Source: Lingula anatina (Eukaryota; Animalia; Brachiopoda). From it: a stretch of 64,000 nt of DNA. Both the position numbers and the translations under genes were made by a program. Shown here piece after piece: positions 11,901 to 25,099 of the stretch (within the stretch, counting starts at the first letter, position 1; every line of letters starts with the position of its first letter). The DNA lies in NCBI GenBank assembly GCA_051362555.1, contig CM120641.1, positions 33,982,401 through 34,046,400 of the forward strand, in the 5' to 3' direction. The notes beneath the pieces are model-generated. The model worked only from the letters and a program-made list of their open reading frames with translations, had not been told where the DNA came from and searched no databases.

Positions 11901-14900
11901 ATATGGTTTATATTGCAGACTGTTTTTCACTTCCTTCAGCCTCTCTAAAGCAACAGATGGCATTTCCATGGACTCTCTGTCTCTAGCTTCCATCTTGCCA
12001 CTACTTTCTATTGCTGCTGTCATGCAAGCAAGGTCTAACAAAGTGTGCACTATCTGAAATGCCATATATCTATATGTCAAACAAAGGTTAAAGGTAACTT
12101 TAAAACTTTGTCATAAACTGTACCTATATTGATTAATTAAAGGATCTGTGATCAGTTTGATAAAATCATGATGTTAATAATATATCATGTTGTTGCTTCT
12201 TTTTTCAGAATATTTTGAATTGCTCATGTTTCATGAGTTGCATCCAATTCAATTTAAAGAGAGTGGGCCATTATACTATGTATCTTGCCAATATAATAAG
12301 CAGATGAATTAGGATAAAGAATTCATTTTTCATTTATTAATGTTAAATTTAAGGTAAAATCAAGTTAAAATATGTAGCTATAGTTTTACCTCCAATGCTG
12401 TTGATGGTGTTATCATGGCTGGAAGTATATCAATGAATTCTGTAAGGTAGCTTCTTGGGTTCCACGCTAGGATCTAGAAAATTAAAAAATTGAATATGTA
12501 TCAATGAAAAGATTGGTTATCCCTTTAGACAGATAGAGTATGAGCAATTTTCATTGTTTTAAATTCATCAAAAATATAAAAGTACTATTTTAGAATCAAA
12601 TTTTCAGTTTTATAAAATAGACCAACAAATCTAGATTGTCAAGAACTGAAAAGAATTGTCACACATGTCAAATACTGCAGAGATGGGAAATTTACAAACT
12701 TAGGGAAATTTACAAACTTAGAATTGCACTGAGAGAACACTCAAAAACTTCTATTTAATGAGATTGTAAAATGTACACAAACACGATTATTAAAACACTT
12801 ACAAATGTACATTATACCTTTAATATATTTGGACAAAATTTGCTCAACACATCTGTTTTGTAGCAGAGTATTTCTAGATTTTCCCTGATGAACAGGACTG
12901 TATCAAAGGCTACTGCAGGATGCTTAAAGCTGACTGCCAAGATGGTTCCAAAGTAATGCTCTAAGGCAGAGTCCGAGTTAAAACCTGCTATGTCTCCTAG
13001 GAGAAAAAAAAAAATTCCATTTTCACAGTACTCTAAGATCCATCTGGATCGACATAACTCCCTGGGGGTTCACGCTGTCAGCCGAATGCACACGGAAGTT
13101 AATTACCCCCTTACAGCTTTTAGTAGGTGGGACAAACATTTAAGCCAGCTAAGCTGACAGCAATCTAGTGAGACTCCCCACAGGGATAGATCGATCTAAA
13201 AATCTGTGGGAATGCAGTCTAAGATTAAGGAAATGGCAATTCTTAAGCACTTTGTTACAAAGTTAGCACAATGCTTGAAACATGTTGTTGGATGCCATAT
13301 TTTGTAACATGGACATTTTCCCCATTGATTGTGCCTACCTGAAAAAAAACTTTACAACAGATCCTTAACTGTTTCTAAGTAGCCAAACTAATATTCTGGT
13401 TTTAAAATGGATTGCTATCAATTCATGGGCTTAAAATGTATCAAAAACTTTTGCATAAATAGCAATACAATACCTACAATATTTCAATATTTTCAAGTGT
13501 GCTTACCATGGTTAAGGAAGAGCTGGATAATCTGTAGCACCACTCTGGCCTGTGCAGCATCATTAGCTATTCTATCATACAGTCTCTGTGCATATGTAAA
13601 CACCCTGGTCACGTGGCCCGGCTTTAACTGGCATATGCAGTCTAAGACTGACAGCACCTCAATTAGCACCTGTGACAAAGTATTTTCATCTATCATTTTC
13701 CCATTTGACGACTTCAAAATATGTAGCTGTACTAACATTAACTAGACAAAGTACATTAAAGAGGGCTGGTGATACAACTGTTTAAGTTTCTGTGAAATAT
13801 AGAATTTTAAAGCTTGTTCTCCTCAGGATGAAACAAAATTGATGAAGTTCATCTCATTTGCTTTAAATTATTAGATTTTTTAAAAGCTACTATTCTACAA
13901 TATTTCTGTTTCTACAGAGATTGAGGCCATGGTTGATGATATGGCTTTTTCTGTCTTGCTACTGTAGGCTCCATTTTCACAAAAATAAATGGCTATACTT
14001 CATAGAGGTCAGCAAGAATGACTAACCACATTTTTCACTGAACACCATTAATAAGATAACTTACACCTTCTTGCAAAGATAAATCCTTTGGTTGCTTGAC
14101 CCCTAAGATCAATAAAAAAAAATTATAAAAAAAATTCTGTAAAGAAACCACAATGGCATTGACTACTCATGGAACTAAAAGACTTTTATTGGGGTCATTT
14201 TTTAACAATAAGCCTTATTTAAAGCCATAAATCAGAGTTTAAAATATTACAGATAAGACATATTATTGCACATGGACTTACCTACCATACTAGTATTTCT
14301 TCCAATAAAATAATAAATTTTTAAAAAAGTAATAATTTCCTTCAAATAATCTTTCACGTTCTACACAAAATACTTTTAAAAATCACACATCTTCACTTAC
14401 TTCTTTCACACTGGTCTAGAAGACGAAAGCAGTAGTCCAGTGACTTCTCAATCAGTATATGCTTGCTAGATACATCAGTCATAGAAGAGTCTAAATCCTC
14501 TGCACTGGAGGTGTCAGAGGTAACGAACAGCCCTGCCCTACTGGTGTTTTTCAGCCAAGTGTGCAGCACTGAGAAACTGTGTATATTCAACATCTGATCA
14601 GAACTGTAGTATTTTCCTGTAAGTAGAAAATGAGGAAAGTTTAATTGTCACCCATGTTTTATCAAGTCATCAGCACTGAATATGCCAAGAGGATGACTTT
14701 GAAACAAAATAACTGCAAGTCTGTTACAAAAAGACTATGTCAGTTGTGGTGTCATGAGAATATGTGAATTCTATATAGTTTTCATAAAATATTTTTAGTA
14801 TGAAATTCTGCTTGGAAACACTTTTAAAAAAATCCAAATTCTCTTGAAAATACCTTTTGTTTGCAATGTATAAAGAACACATATCAAATCTAAATTAACA

Positions 14901-17290
14901 ACAAATTAGAGCATCAGCAAATGTACAAGTTATCATACTTTATTACCCTTTATTATACCTATATTTTTTAAAAAAAATTATTCATTTCTTAATTTTAAAT
15001 TGAATGGTACCTTTGTCACCTAATTGACCATCTTACCCAGAGACAACACAGTAAATTGATCTTTTGATGGAGTTCCATCCAATTCTGTCATCAGCTCTTC
15101 TTCTTTTTTAAACAGGTGTCTAGTGCGTGGGTCTGGGGACTGCGTCACGCTGGCATGCGCCAACCAATCTGCTATCTGGGAGCTCACAACATGAACTTGA
15201 TCTAAAAATAATATATTTCATTTGTCATGTGTCCATTTTTTTCTCAATGAATAAATAAAAATTTACATTTACATGTATTACAACAAAAACTAATTTTGCA
15301 ACCATTATAAATGAGTTTGTGACCGAGTGTATAATTGAAAAAAATCACTACTAGCCTGAATAATAATTCAAAAAGATTAATTTTCATATTAATTATTTAC
15401 CAACCTGCTAATTTAAAGAATTACAACAAGGAAATAATTCATACTATCAGGGTAGTAAAGAAAATAATGAAAGTTTACCTTCAGTGAGGAGTTGCTGATG
15501 TAATGCCGCTATGTGGTTGATGAAAAGAAGAGCTCTGATCTGGGTATCATGGTCAAAACCAACTGTAGAAATCCATCTGCAAATGATAAAAATAACTTTT
15601 TTTACAAAAATGCAAATAACAAAACATAAAATATTGTCCAAGATCTCATGTATAATCATACATAATCAATAATTGGACAATAATATACTTTTCTAAACAT
15701 TTCCCAGATTTAAGTTTTAGGTGTCACTCCCACCACACTGCCAAATTGTGAAAGTATGAAACTAATATTTGAACTTACCTCACCATCAGAGGTATGATTT
15801 GTCCAAAATCACCCAAAGTTGGTCCCTAGCATGAAAAGACAATTACAATATTACATAATATTGTAATAAATGAGTTTAAAAAAAACATTTAAATGCAGTA
15901 ATTCATTCAACAATGTGCTTAATATCCAGGCAAATACTACTACTACGAGTAAGTAAAATATGACAGTTTCGTTAATGTAAACACAATCTCACCTGAGAAG
16001 CAATAACTTGTAAACTTTGTGCTAGTTGCACGTTCTTAGATCCAGTGTTGAAATCAAAAATCTTGATTTCTTCACAAGGTGCTAATTCTGCAAGAACTGC
16101 TACACATATAACCCTACTTCGCCAACTGCATTCTTCTGTATCTGTCAATATCTTTAAAAGTTTGTTAATTAGCTCTTGGGGAATGCTGAAAATAATATTG
16201 CATGCAGATGTGACAATCAAATCCTTTACTCAATATAGCGCACCACAAAAGATTTAATGCTAGTCTGTAAATAAGCCTTGGAAGTTTCTGTATTCTACCT
16301 GCAGTGAATTTCAATTTTAAAATGAAATATAAAACACTTGCCTTCGTCTGTATCTTGTACAGTGAAGTAATAGGTAAAGTTGACGCATCTTTTGGATAAA
16401 ACCTTCCCCATTTATATCAGCTACTGTGTTTGTCTGTATCCTGCCACAAAAATCATTCAAGTCATGTTGTGAGTAACCCCTGCAAAAATAAACTAAGGAA
16501 GCTCAACAGCAGTATACACTGTTATCTTAAAACCAACATATTTGTAAAGGTACACATGCAAGAAAAATTACTGTATATATTAGTAGATCAAAGATATTTA
16601 CCTAAGCACAATTACTTTGCCTCAGTTTTTGGCCTTACTTGCTAGTACTTTTGTCGGAGGTAAGGTCTCACCCCACCTAGCATTTCAGACTGAAGTGGCT
16701 GTAAATATCCTATAGTAACCTAGGATGTAAGGCCAAAAACAGACAAACACTCTCCATGAATCTAAATATGCACTACCTCAAAGCACATCTACGAGTAGCC
16801 TGCATTCATTTTAATGGTAGGGTAAATTATAAGAAACTTTAGCAAAGTCCATTTCATGGCATATACCAATAATTTACCAAAACACAAACTTAAAAAGTGT
16901 ATATTTGCATTTGGCCAACGGTTATCCGTTAACCGTTTAATTTACTTCAGCGACTATTTAATTGACTATTTCTATATTGATTGCCCGGTATGGTATTTTT
17001 GTTTTAGTTTTAAACTCATCGACAAATTGACAGGCCATCGCGCATTAGCCAGTATCCACATCTCTCATTACTGCATTTGACAATTTCAACTGCTCCTCCC
17101 CTTTTGATATTATCTACGAAACAGATAACACAGAGAACGAACGCAAGAAAACAAACATGATGACATGTCAGGTAAAACATGTTTTAGATTAAGCATGACA
17201 CATCTTTTCCGCAGCGCAGACAAAATGCATGATAAACAGCAAAATATACCTAGACTGTTTCAAGACATTTTCTATTATGGAGGCTGACAT
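8755..17290 (-). CDS. AP5Z1: AP-5 complex subunit zeta-1 (SPG48), about 790 aa, 19 coding exons
   Basis: Minus-strand exons: 17290-17250, 16479-16342, 16185-15993, 15825-15779, 15576-15479, 15201-15037, 14616-14401, 14102-14065, 13669-13507, 12996-12818, 12473-12390, 12053-11851, 11537-11451, 11110-10988, 10687-10555, 10236-10045, 9703-9552, 9130-9083, 8827-8755; 2373 nt, open throughout. Motifs TELDG...FTVLSLG, ILAWNP, HTLLDLACMTA, VWVVGEY...YDPRCT, KLASRCQDLIPR and RASELINLLKLP match AP5Z1 as I recall it. Confidence 0.92.
8944..9012. repeat. Compound (CT)n-(AG)n microsatellite
   Basis: (CT)n, a short CA spacer, then (AG)n, in the last AP5Z1 intron. Confidence 0.95.
12685..12721. repeat. 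18-bp tandem duplication
   Basis: GGGAAATTTACAAACTTA twice. Confidence 0.85.
13037..13219. mobile_element. Degenerate copy of a TAA-target (Harbinger/Tourist-like) MITE family
   Basis: Shares GCACACGGAAGTTAATTACCCCC and GTGAGACTCCCC...GATCGATC...GGGAATGCAGTC|TAAG with the copies at 33565, 37996 and 43679. Confidence 0.6.
16625..16740. mobile_element. Short foldback element/MITE in AP5Z1 intron 1
   Basis: Perfect 14-bp inverted repeat GTTTTTGGCCTTAC (16625-16638) / GTAAGGCCAAAAAC (16727-16740); no clear TSD. Confidence 0.45.
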
Positions 17291-17852
17291 CTTGGATTTG
17301 ACAGTTGGGGGTCTAGGTAAATTCGATACAATTTGGTAAGCTATTCACAGGTTATAATTCAGCATTGTACTGTCAGATGTTAAGTTAACAAAATTATTAT
17401 ATTTACATCATGTTCCAAATAAAAAAAAAACGCTAAGTCTTTTAACAGATTTCAAAACGAAAACAATCTTTGTATTATTGTGCTTTCGGTGCTCAACGGA
17501 AATTGACTTCATTTTAAGCATGCGCATTAGATCCATAGCAACTGGTACGCCATTTTTGATCGTACATGTTACACAGCTCTAGGAACGTGGAATAATTAAT
17601 ATATTTTGCAGGTATGCATTTTTATTTCTAGAATATACTGACGGGCTCTATCAACCTCTTCCATTTTTGGTAAAAAAATGTAATTTTAAAGCAATTATTA
17701 CACAAATTTGTTTAATTAACGTTATGTTACCTGCACTCGTTCAGCCAAGTTGAATTCTATTCCAACCGCAGTTTGCAATTTCACTGGATTGTTTTGAAAA
17801 GGGTTGTCGTTTTCTATCAATTTTAGGTTATAAGTAATCAAACACTCTCAAG
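17291..17852. promoter_or_regulatory. Bidirectional promoter between AP5Z1 and DNAI2, with a probable DNAI2 5'UTR intron at 17612-17826
   Basis: Start codons are 562 nt apart, head-to-head, in locally CpG-richer sequence. NRF1-like GCATGCGCA 17518-17526, RFX half-site CCATAGCAAC 17533-17542, YY1-like CGCCATTTT 17548-17556. Donor gtatgc at 17612 and acceptor ttttag ending 17826. Confidence 0.7.
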
Positions 17853-18102
17853 ATGGAGATTGTTTATGTCTATACGAAGAAGAGGGCAGAGTTTGGGCGG
17901 CAGTGTAATTTCTCTGACAGAGAAGCAGAGTTGCACATTGACATCCTGCCAGACCCGAAGGAGTCAGAGAATTACATCGAAAGAAACCCGGTTGATATCT
18001 CCGTACAATGTGCTGCTGAGATGTCCGAACATGAAGTATGTTTAACTGATAAGCATTAAGCATGAATGAGTATTTTTAACTTTTAAAACTTGTCAAATGT
18101 AC

Positions 18103-18154
<52 letters not shown>

Positions 18155-20432
18155 TTCATTTTTATGAAGAGATAGCGTTGTGTCTTTGTAAATAGCAATA
18201 GTCATTATCTGACTTTATTGCCAGAGTTGTGCTAGCAATATTATATAAAATAATTTGAAAACAGGCATGAATTTGTTTGAAACATTTTGGAGTTTTAGAT
18301 AATGCTACAATTCAAATTTCAATAATAATGGGTGTAAAAAAATTGTTTCATAATGTGCCTGTTCTTATATATGCATTCTTGTTTTATTAATTATAAAGTA
18401 TTTATTAAACTGAGAGACAAAAAAGTTGTTATTATTATTATTATTACTTGCATTTAAGATATTAATTATTCCCAATCAATTTCTCTTTCTAGATCAACAC
18501 AGAAAGATTTGAGACAGAGGTAAGAGGAATCAACCACACAGAGGGTGGATGGCCCAAAGATGTAAATCCACAAGAAGTAGAGCAAGTATTAAGATACAGA
18601 AAGAAAGTGGAGAAGGATGAGATGTACATCAACACTATTCAACAACTCAGCACTGTAAGTTATTGTTTGAATTGAATCTCAACTATTATAATAACTGTGT
18701 CATCCATGAGCTTAATTTTTATAGAATTTAAAAAAAATGTAAAACCAAAATTTGAGCCAGATAATCAACCTAATCAATTTCTTGCTCTGGATTCAATGTA
18801 ATTTTATTTCTGAATAATGATGGAATAGGTTTTTGATTAAGGAAAAATTTGTAAAAAAAAATCTGTGCAATTTTAGACAGCAAAAATTCTCAAAGAATCC
18901 TCTTTCAATATGTCGCTTATGACCAAGGCTTTTCCCAGGATTGGGGGTACAGGTCTTCCAAAATTATCACCTGTAATTTCCTACGAAATTTCAGGGAGTC
19001 CAAGCCATCATATTTCAAAACAATCATAACTGCCGCCCAGCCGTCTTTGAAAATATTGGCCGTCCGGTGATGCAGGAGGCTGTCCAAATGACAACTGGAT
19101 GGTTTGCTAGGGAAAGCCTTGGTAATGACCTTTTAATGAAAGGAATACTTTATTTATTTGCTTCTAAAATTCTAGGTGATGGAACATTGCATCAAACAAA
19201 ACAATGCTATTGATATCTATGAAGAATATTTCGATGATATTGATGTAGATGATATGGATGAAACACCAACAGCCAAAACAATCAATGTTTTCAGGTAGGC
19301 ACACTTTAGTTTGCAATTAAAATGTACATTATTAGAACTTGAGATATATATTTTTTGTTATATATTACAAATAGTAAGTGTATATTTATATCAGGTATTT
19401 GCATATAACAGTTAACAAAGAATCAGTTTTTGAAAGAATGATTATCAGTTTGCATTGGTGATGATAATAATAATAACAATAATGTACAGGCTCAATTAAA
19501 AGCCATAATCAAAAAATTCAGTTCATTGCCAGTAGAATTGTTTTCATCATATTTCGCTTCTTGCAGAGATCCTTGTGATCCCAAGCGTACCAGCACACAC
19601 ATCTCCTGGTTCCCTGATGGTCCTAGAAAGCTGGCCATAGCTTACTGTAACCTGGAGTTCCAAGGGTCCTCCCCAGATACTAGCATGGACTCATATATCT
19701 GGGATGTCGGTTAGTATGGATGGATACTGTTTTGATCCGAATATCTTCTCTGTGAAAGTTTTGTTTTTTACTTTGTTTTTATTTCTAAAGATCGTGTCAT
19801 TTATTCTTTGCTGAAAATGTATAAAAATCTATTTGTTTTTTTTTTAAATTGATGCATCCATTTACAATATGTGATGATGACATGTAAAATGAGAAGACTG
19901 CATCATGTTGTACAGATATATTTTGATTAGATTGATTTGTTTTCAGAAAATCCCAACAAACCAGAATTCACTCTGAAACCAGTATCTCCTCTAGTTTGTG
20001 TCGAATACAATCCAAAAGATGCACATGTGTTGGTAGGCGGCTGCTACAATGGTCAGATTGGTAAGCATATGGTCAGCTTTACCCACTTTTATTAAAACAG
20101 TTGGAAAGGACTTGCCTTATTCTGTTGACAATTATTATCTAAGCAATGCTTTCTTTGAAGTAATTTGACATAGGATAATAAACTAATAGACTGTAATAAA
20201 ATTGTGAAATTATAATAAATGGGAGTTTGCCAAAACTCCAAATGTCAAATGTCAGCCAAATGTCAGCACTTAAAACACGATGTGTTATTATAGTCAGCAG
20301 TTACCTAGTTTCATTTTGAGTATTTTAGAAATAACTAAAATGATATTTCTGATTTTCATTTTCTTTTCATATTCTAATATAATTCTTCTGCAAGTACCAA
20401 TTTAAAATAGTGTACTCAAGACTAAAATCTTT

Positions 20433-20463
<31 letters not shown>

Positions 20464-23400
20464 GTCTTTCAGCATATTGGGACACTAGAAAAGGCTCCCA
20501 GCCAGTAGAAACCTCCCCCATTGAACACAGTCACAGGGACCCAGCCTACAAGACAATATGGCTGCAGTCCAAGACAGGAACAGAATGTTTTTCCACATCT
20601 TCAGATGGGCAGGTGTTATGGTGGGACACAAGGAAGATGGGAGAGCCATTTGAGAAACTGTACTTAGATCCAACCAAGAAACAAGATTTTAGCAAAGCCC
20701 AGGGGGCCATGTGTTTGGAGTATGAACCCACACTTGTAAGTTTTGAAAGTTAGGTAACAACGTGCACAGGCAAAATGGTGTGTGTAAATAGAAACATAAA
20801 ACATATTACCTCATTTTTGGAAATTTTTTTAGGAAAAAGAGGGAAAAACTGAAGTTTTCTATTTTCATTCAGACATAATGAAAAGAGAACACAGTTGATA
20901 TAAAATAAGTATGCATAAAGTAAAATATGTAGAATAAAAAAAATATGTTAAGTATTAAAAATCAGTCTACATTTTTATGACCTCCCCTTTTTTTTAGCCA
21001 ACAAAATTCATGGTTGGAACAGAGATAGGAACTGTGATGTCCTGTAACAGGAAAGCCAAAACCCCTGCTGAAAAGATAGTTGCCATTTATCCAGGCCACC
21101 ATGGCCCAGTGTATTCCCTCCAGAGAAACCCCTTCTTCCCTAAGAACTTCCTCACAGTCGGTGACTGGACAGCAAGGGTAAATAGACATTGTATCTAATT
21201 TTTTTAGTCATTTAGTCATTATGATATTTTTCAAAGAGACAAATATCTGTTAGAATATGAAACAGTAAATGAATGAATTTGTTCCAAAATGTAACATTTT
21301 GTACGGATTGTACTTTTTTATAAAAATTCACATATATTATGAATATGATATTGATTCACATTCAACTTTTTCCTTTTAGATATGGTCAGAAGATATAAGG
21401 GAATCATCTATTATGTGGACAAAGTGAGTATTGTACAAATTATCCTGTAGCATACATGCATGTAAACAACATTATAGACAAACGGGTTTTGTCAAAATAA
21501 AACTAGTTTGATATTTATTAAAATTATATGACTTAAAAGTGCCTGATTAAATATGAGTGAGTTGTAGAATAATAATAAGACATCATGCACATAGATTGTT
21601 AATGGCAGGAGATTGCAAAGAATTTCCTTCAAACTGAAATAAATTAATCGAGTCTGTGTTTTTTGACTGAGTGAAAAGTTGACAATAGGGCATCATGACT
21701 AAATTATCAAGAACATAATTAAAGTCTCAATTATTATTATTATTATTATTATTATTACGAACCAATTAGCAACCAAGTAACCTCTTTTATTTGCCAAACA
21801 ATTTCCATCTGTTATTCCATACAAAACTGTGTACAATTTTTTCTTTCATACTTTTAGTTTTGAATTCATTTATATGTTGCTTATAAAGTAAATTTTGCAT
21901 GTTCCAGATACCATATGTCATATTTGACTGATGGATGCTGGAGTCCCACACGTCCTGCTGTGTTTTTCACCACTAAGATGGATGGCACACTTGACATATG
22001 GGACACCATCTTTAAACAAAATGATCCTACGCTCAGTATTCAGGTAAGTGAAATTGTCAATCACTCTTTCTCTTGGATACAAACATTCTGGCTTGAAAAT
22101 TAGAATCATATTGCCAAGCATCTAACAAACTAAAGTTGGCATAATGAAAAACTGCAAAAAAAGTCAACTAAATGCAATTTTTTTTATCACAGAAAAGGCA
22201 TTAATTTTTAGCACAATAAGTTTTTAGGTGTTGATTTTTTATGAATGAAAAGTGATAAAGACCCACAAAAGCATTTTTAGTCGTCAGTAATCAGTTCATA
22301 TAACTAAACAAAGCTACTTGATATATCATCAAATATATTTTTTGTAGAAATCTCTTTTGCTTTGTAAAAGATGTCACTTGTAAACATTTTATTCTACTGT
22401 GTCCCGTCAGGTTTGTGATGAAGCTTTGCACAGTGTCCGAGTGCAAGAGCAGGGCAGGCTGGTGGCTACAGGGTCCCACAGTGGCACCACCACTCTGCTG
22501 GAACTCTCTAATGGTCTAGTGCAATTGCAGAGGAATGAAAAAGTTCTTGTAAATGCTGTAAGTGTTTTTGTTGCCTGCTTACTTTTATTTTCTTGTTAAG
22601 TCTAATTGCCAATTTGTTGATCTAAATTTTATAATGATGTGATTGCTTTAATTGATGTTGTTTATCTTTTTAAGAAAAACTTGTTTTTTGATTCCAAAGG
22701 ATTTTTGTGAGCTGAAATAACAGGTTAGGCAATTTATCTACCTTTGGATAATGATGATATATTGATAATGATTCCATTCTTATATTTGTGTTGCTTGTTA
22801 ATAAAAATGATTATTCTCATCACACCATAGATTTTTGAAAGAGAAACGAGGAGAGAAAAGATATTGGATGCCAGGCACAGGGAAATGAAGCTCAAAGAAA
22901 GGCAGAAGAGTTCACAAGGAGAACATAAACAGGTATTTTTGAAAGCTTCATAGTTTAATATCTGTGGGGGTTTGATGCTGATGTCTGCAAATGTCAGTTT
23001 TGAAGTGAAGGAATTTAATTTTTTTAATCCTATCAATAATGTGATTATCATTGTGATTGTAACCTGTAAATATGCTAGTACATATGAAATATGTTTTTTT
23101 TTCTTAATTATGTCATTTTCGTTTGTTGAAAAATACTTATTGAATTGTAGCAGAGTAAAGACAAAAACTATTTTCATTTGTATAATACATCTACATTTTA
23201 TGTGTAGGATTAACAGTGTAATAAACAATAGTATACATGATGGCATTAAACTTATTTATAGGAGGAAGAAGAAGGAGGATATGAAGAAGAAGATCTTGTT
23301 TCCAAAGCCGAAAGAGAATTCTTTGAGACAATAGAGTATGAACAGAAACAAAAGGAAAAGAAAGAAGCTGCACTGAAACAACAGCAGGCAGAAAAAGCTG

Positions 23401-23526
23401 ATGAAGGAAAGGTATGTTAACCAGATATGGCAATTAGAATTTTTTTATACAGATTCCAGGTGTTTTAATTTATTTTATTTGAATATAACAACTGTTTTGA
23501 GGACACCCCTCCCCCCCCAAAAAAGA

Positions 23527-23598
<72 letters not shown>

Positions 23599-23774
23599 GC
23601 AGTACATTTTGGTATTGTTTTAGTGATTTCACTTAAAGAATTTTAGATAAGTTATTCTTGTAAGCAAGGGGTAAAAATTGGGATAAAAATTCATAAAAAA
23701 GACAATAAGAATATCTTTAATTATTTCAGGCTTCTCCTATTGAAGAAGAAAAAGAAGAAGGAGGCGCTGAATAA
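17853..23774 (+). CDS. DNAI2: Dynein axonemal intermediate chain 2 (outer-arm WD40 intermediate chain), about 595 aa
   Basis: Exons 17853-18035, 18493-18654, 19176-19294, 19567-19709, 19947-20060, 20473-20735, 20998-21177, 21380-21423, 21908-22043, 22411-22557, 22831-22932, 23262-23411, 23730-23774 (TAA); 1788 nt. N-terminus [59 protein letters not shown] and [11 protein letters not shown] are diagnostic. Confidence 0.97.
18104..18156. repeat. (TTTA)n microsatellite
   Basis: Direct inspection. Confidence 0.9.
18924..19121. mobile_element. hAT-like MITE in a DNAI2 intron
   Basis: TIRs CAAGGCTTTTCCC / GGGAAAGCCTTG; degenerate 8-bp flanks CTTATGAC / GTAATGAC; GC-richer than the host intron. 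Confidence 0.6.
23532..23595. repeat. (TA)n microsatellite
   Basis: Direct inspection. Confidence 0.95.
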
Positions 23775-24483
23775 AGAGTTATAAAACAGCATTCACCAAT
23801 ATGTATCGATACCTGTGTTATAAAATGTGATATGAATCCGAGCGGACATTTATCACCCAGACAGTTTTTTCAACATGAACATTGTCGTGTCATAATGAGT
23901 TTTTAAATTGTCTGTCAGTGTGAATGGATTATGTTTACTGGATACCAAGGAGATGGGATCTTCAGATGAGTGAATTTGTGACTCGGCCAGCAAAGCATTT
24001 AAGCTGGCAAGGAATGGTTACACAAAATGGCATGCAGTATCATCAGTAGATTGATTATCTGAAACTGTTGCATTCGTCATTTTTGGCAATTTCATGGATG
24101 CTTTATAAAATGCTGTCTGCATGTAAAGTGAGCCATGCATTTGTTCAGCAGAGTGTAAATTCAAAGAATTCCAAACATTTATTCCTGACAGTGACAGTTT
24201 TTAATGATAGCCTATGAAAAAAAGTGTTAAATATTCTAAATATGTTTGAAGTTTTTTATAGTTATTGTATTTATTTTTGCACTGTAAAAGGCATGTCAGT
24301 GCCCTGGGGATAATCCAGGGTGTGTTCTGTATATATTTTAAATAAACAATATTGTACAAATTAATAGTATTTATGTTATTCTTATTTTCATTGATATAAG
24401 GGGAATATTTTCGAAACAGTAAAAACAATAAAAACTTGCATTAAAATGTAATCAACATAAAATCAGTTTGGTGTAGTGAACTT

Positions 24484-24539
24484 GTCACGTGTCTTTTGTT
24501 TATTTACTATCTTGTTGCTAGACGCTTTATGACGTCATA
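24484..24539 (+). promoter_or_regulatory. Probable KIF19 promoter motif cluster (E-box, forkhead site, X-box half-site, CRE)
   Basis: GTCACGTG 24484-24491, TGTTTAT 24497-24503, GTTGCTAGACG 24514-24524, palindrome TATGACGTCATA 24528-24539. It marks the start of a CpG-richer stretch running to KIF19 exon 1. Confidence 0.55.
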
Positions 24540-25099
24540 GAAAATAAATTAATCCTTGCGCAGTCGACCCAATAAAGTTTTTATTACTAACTAGCATAAG
24601 ATGATTCCCTGCAACAAAAAATGTTCCTTTAGGATTACTGCTATTCATAAATGCTACGATACTCGCACCGAAATGCGTTTTCATGGAGAAAACTAGGGCT
24701 AGTTTGCTGCGGAGTGATATCCGCCTTAGTGAGTGACGTGAATCAGAAGTCAAGATCCCGAGTGTGGAGCGAAGTCTGATTGTCAGTACTGACAGCATTC
24801 TTGTTGCAGGTTTTGCCTGGACTTATACCAGCTACGTTGGGGTGCATTTTCACATTGCACGGAGTTGCAATTGGTCACTGGAACCTTAGGCTTATAGAAG
24901 TGCCCCCCTTGTGCTAAAGAACCCAGACTAACCACAGTCTTGCAGCGTGTCTGAGGCATGCATGACTTGTGAAGTTGCGGTGACTAATCGATTAATCCAT
25001 TCGATCCGTCGATTACTCGATGATGTATGACCAAGTCGATGAGAGCTCAGTAGAATATACGTAGCCTCAATATTGTGATCTAAGAACAAGAGCTTAAAA

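Noticed and set aside
22734-23646. Long ORFs of 170, 120, 80 and 81 aa overlapping DNAI2 introns
   Set aside because: Low-complexity AT-rich, (TA)n-derived or antisense read-throughs with no recognisable protein features.
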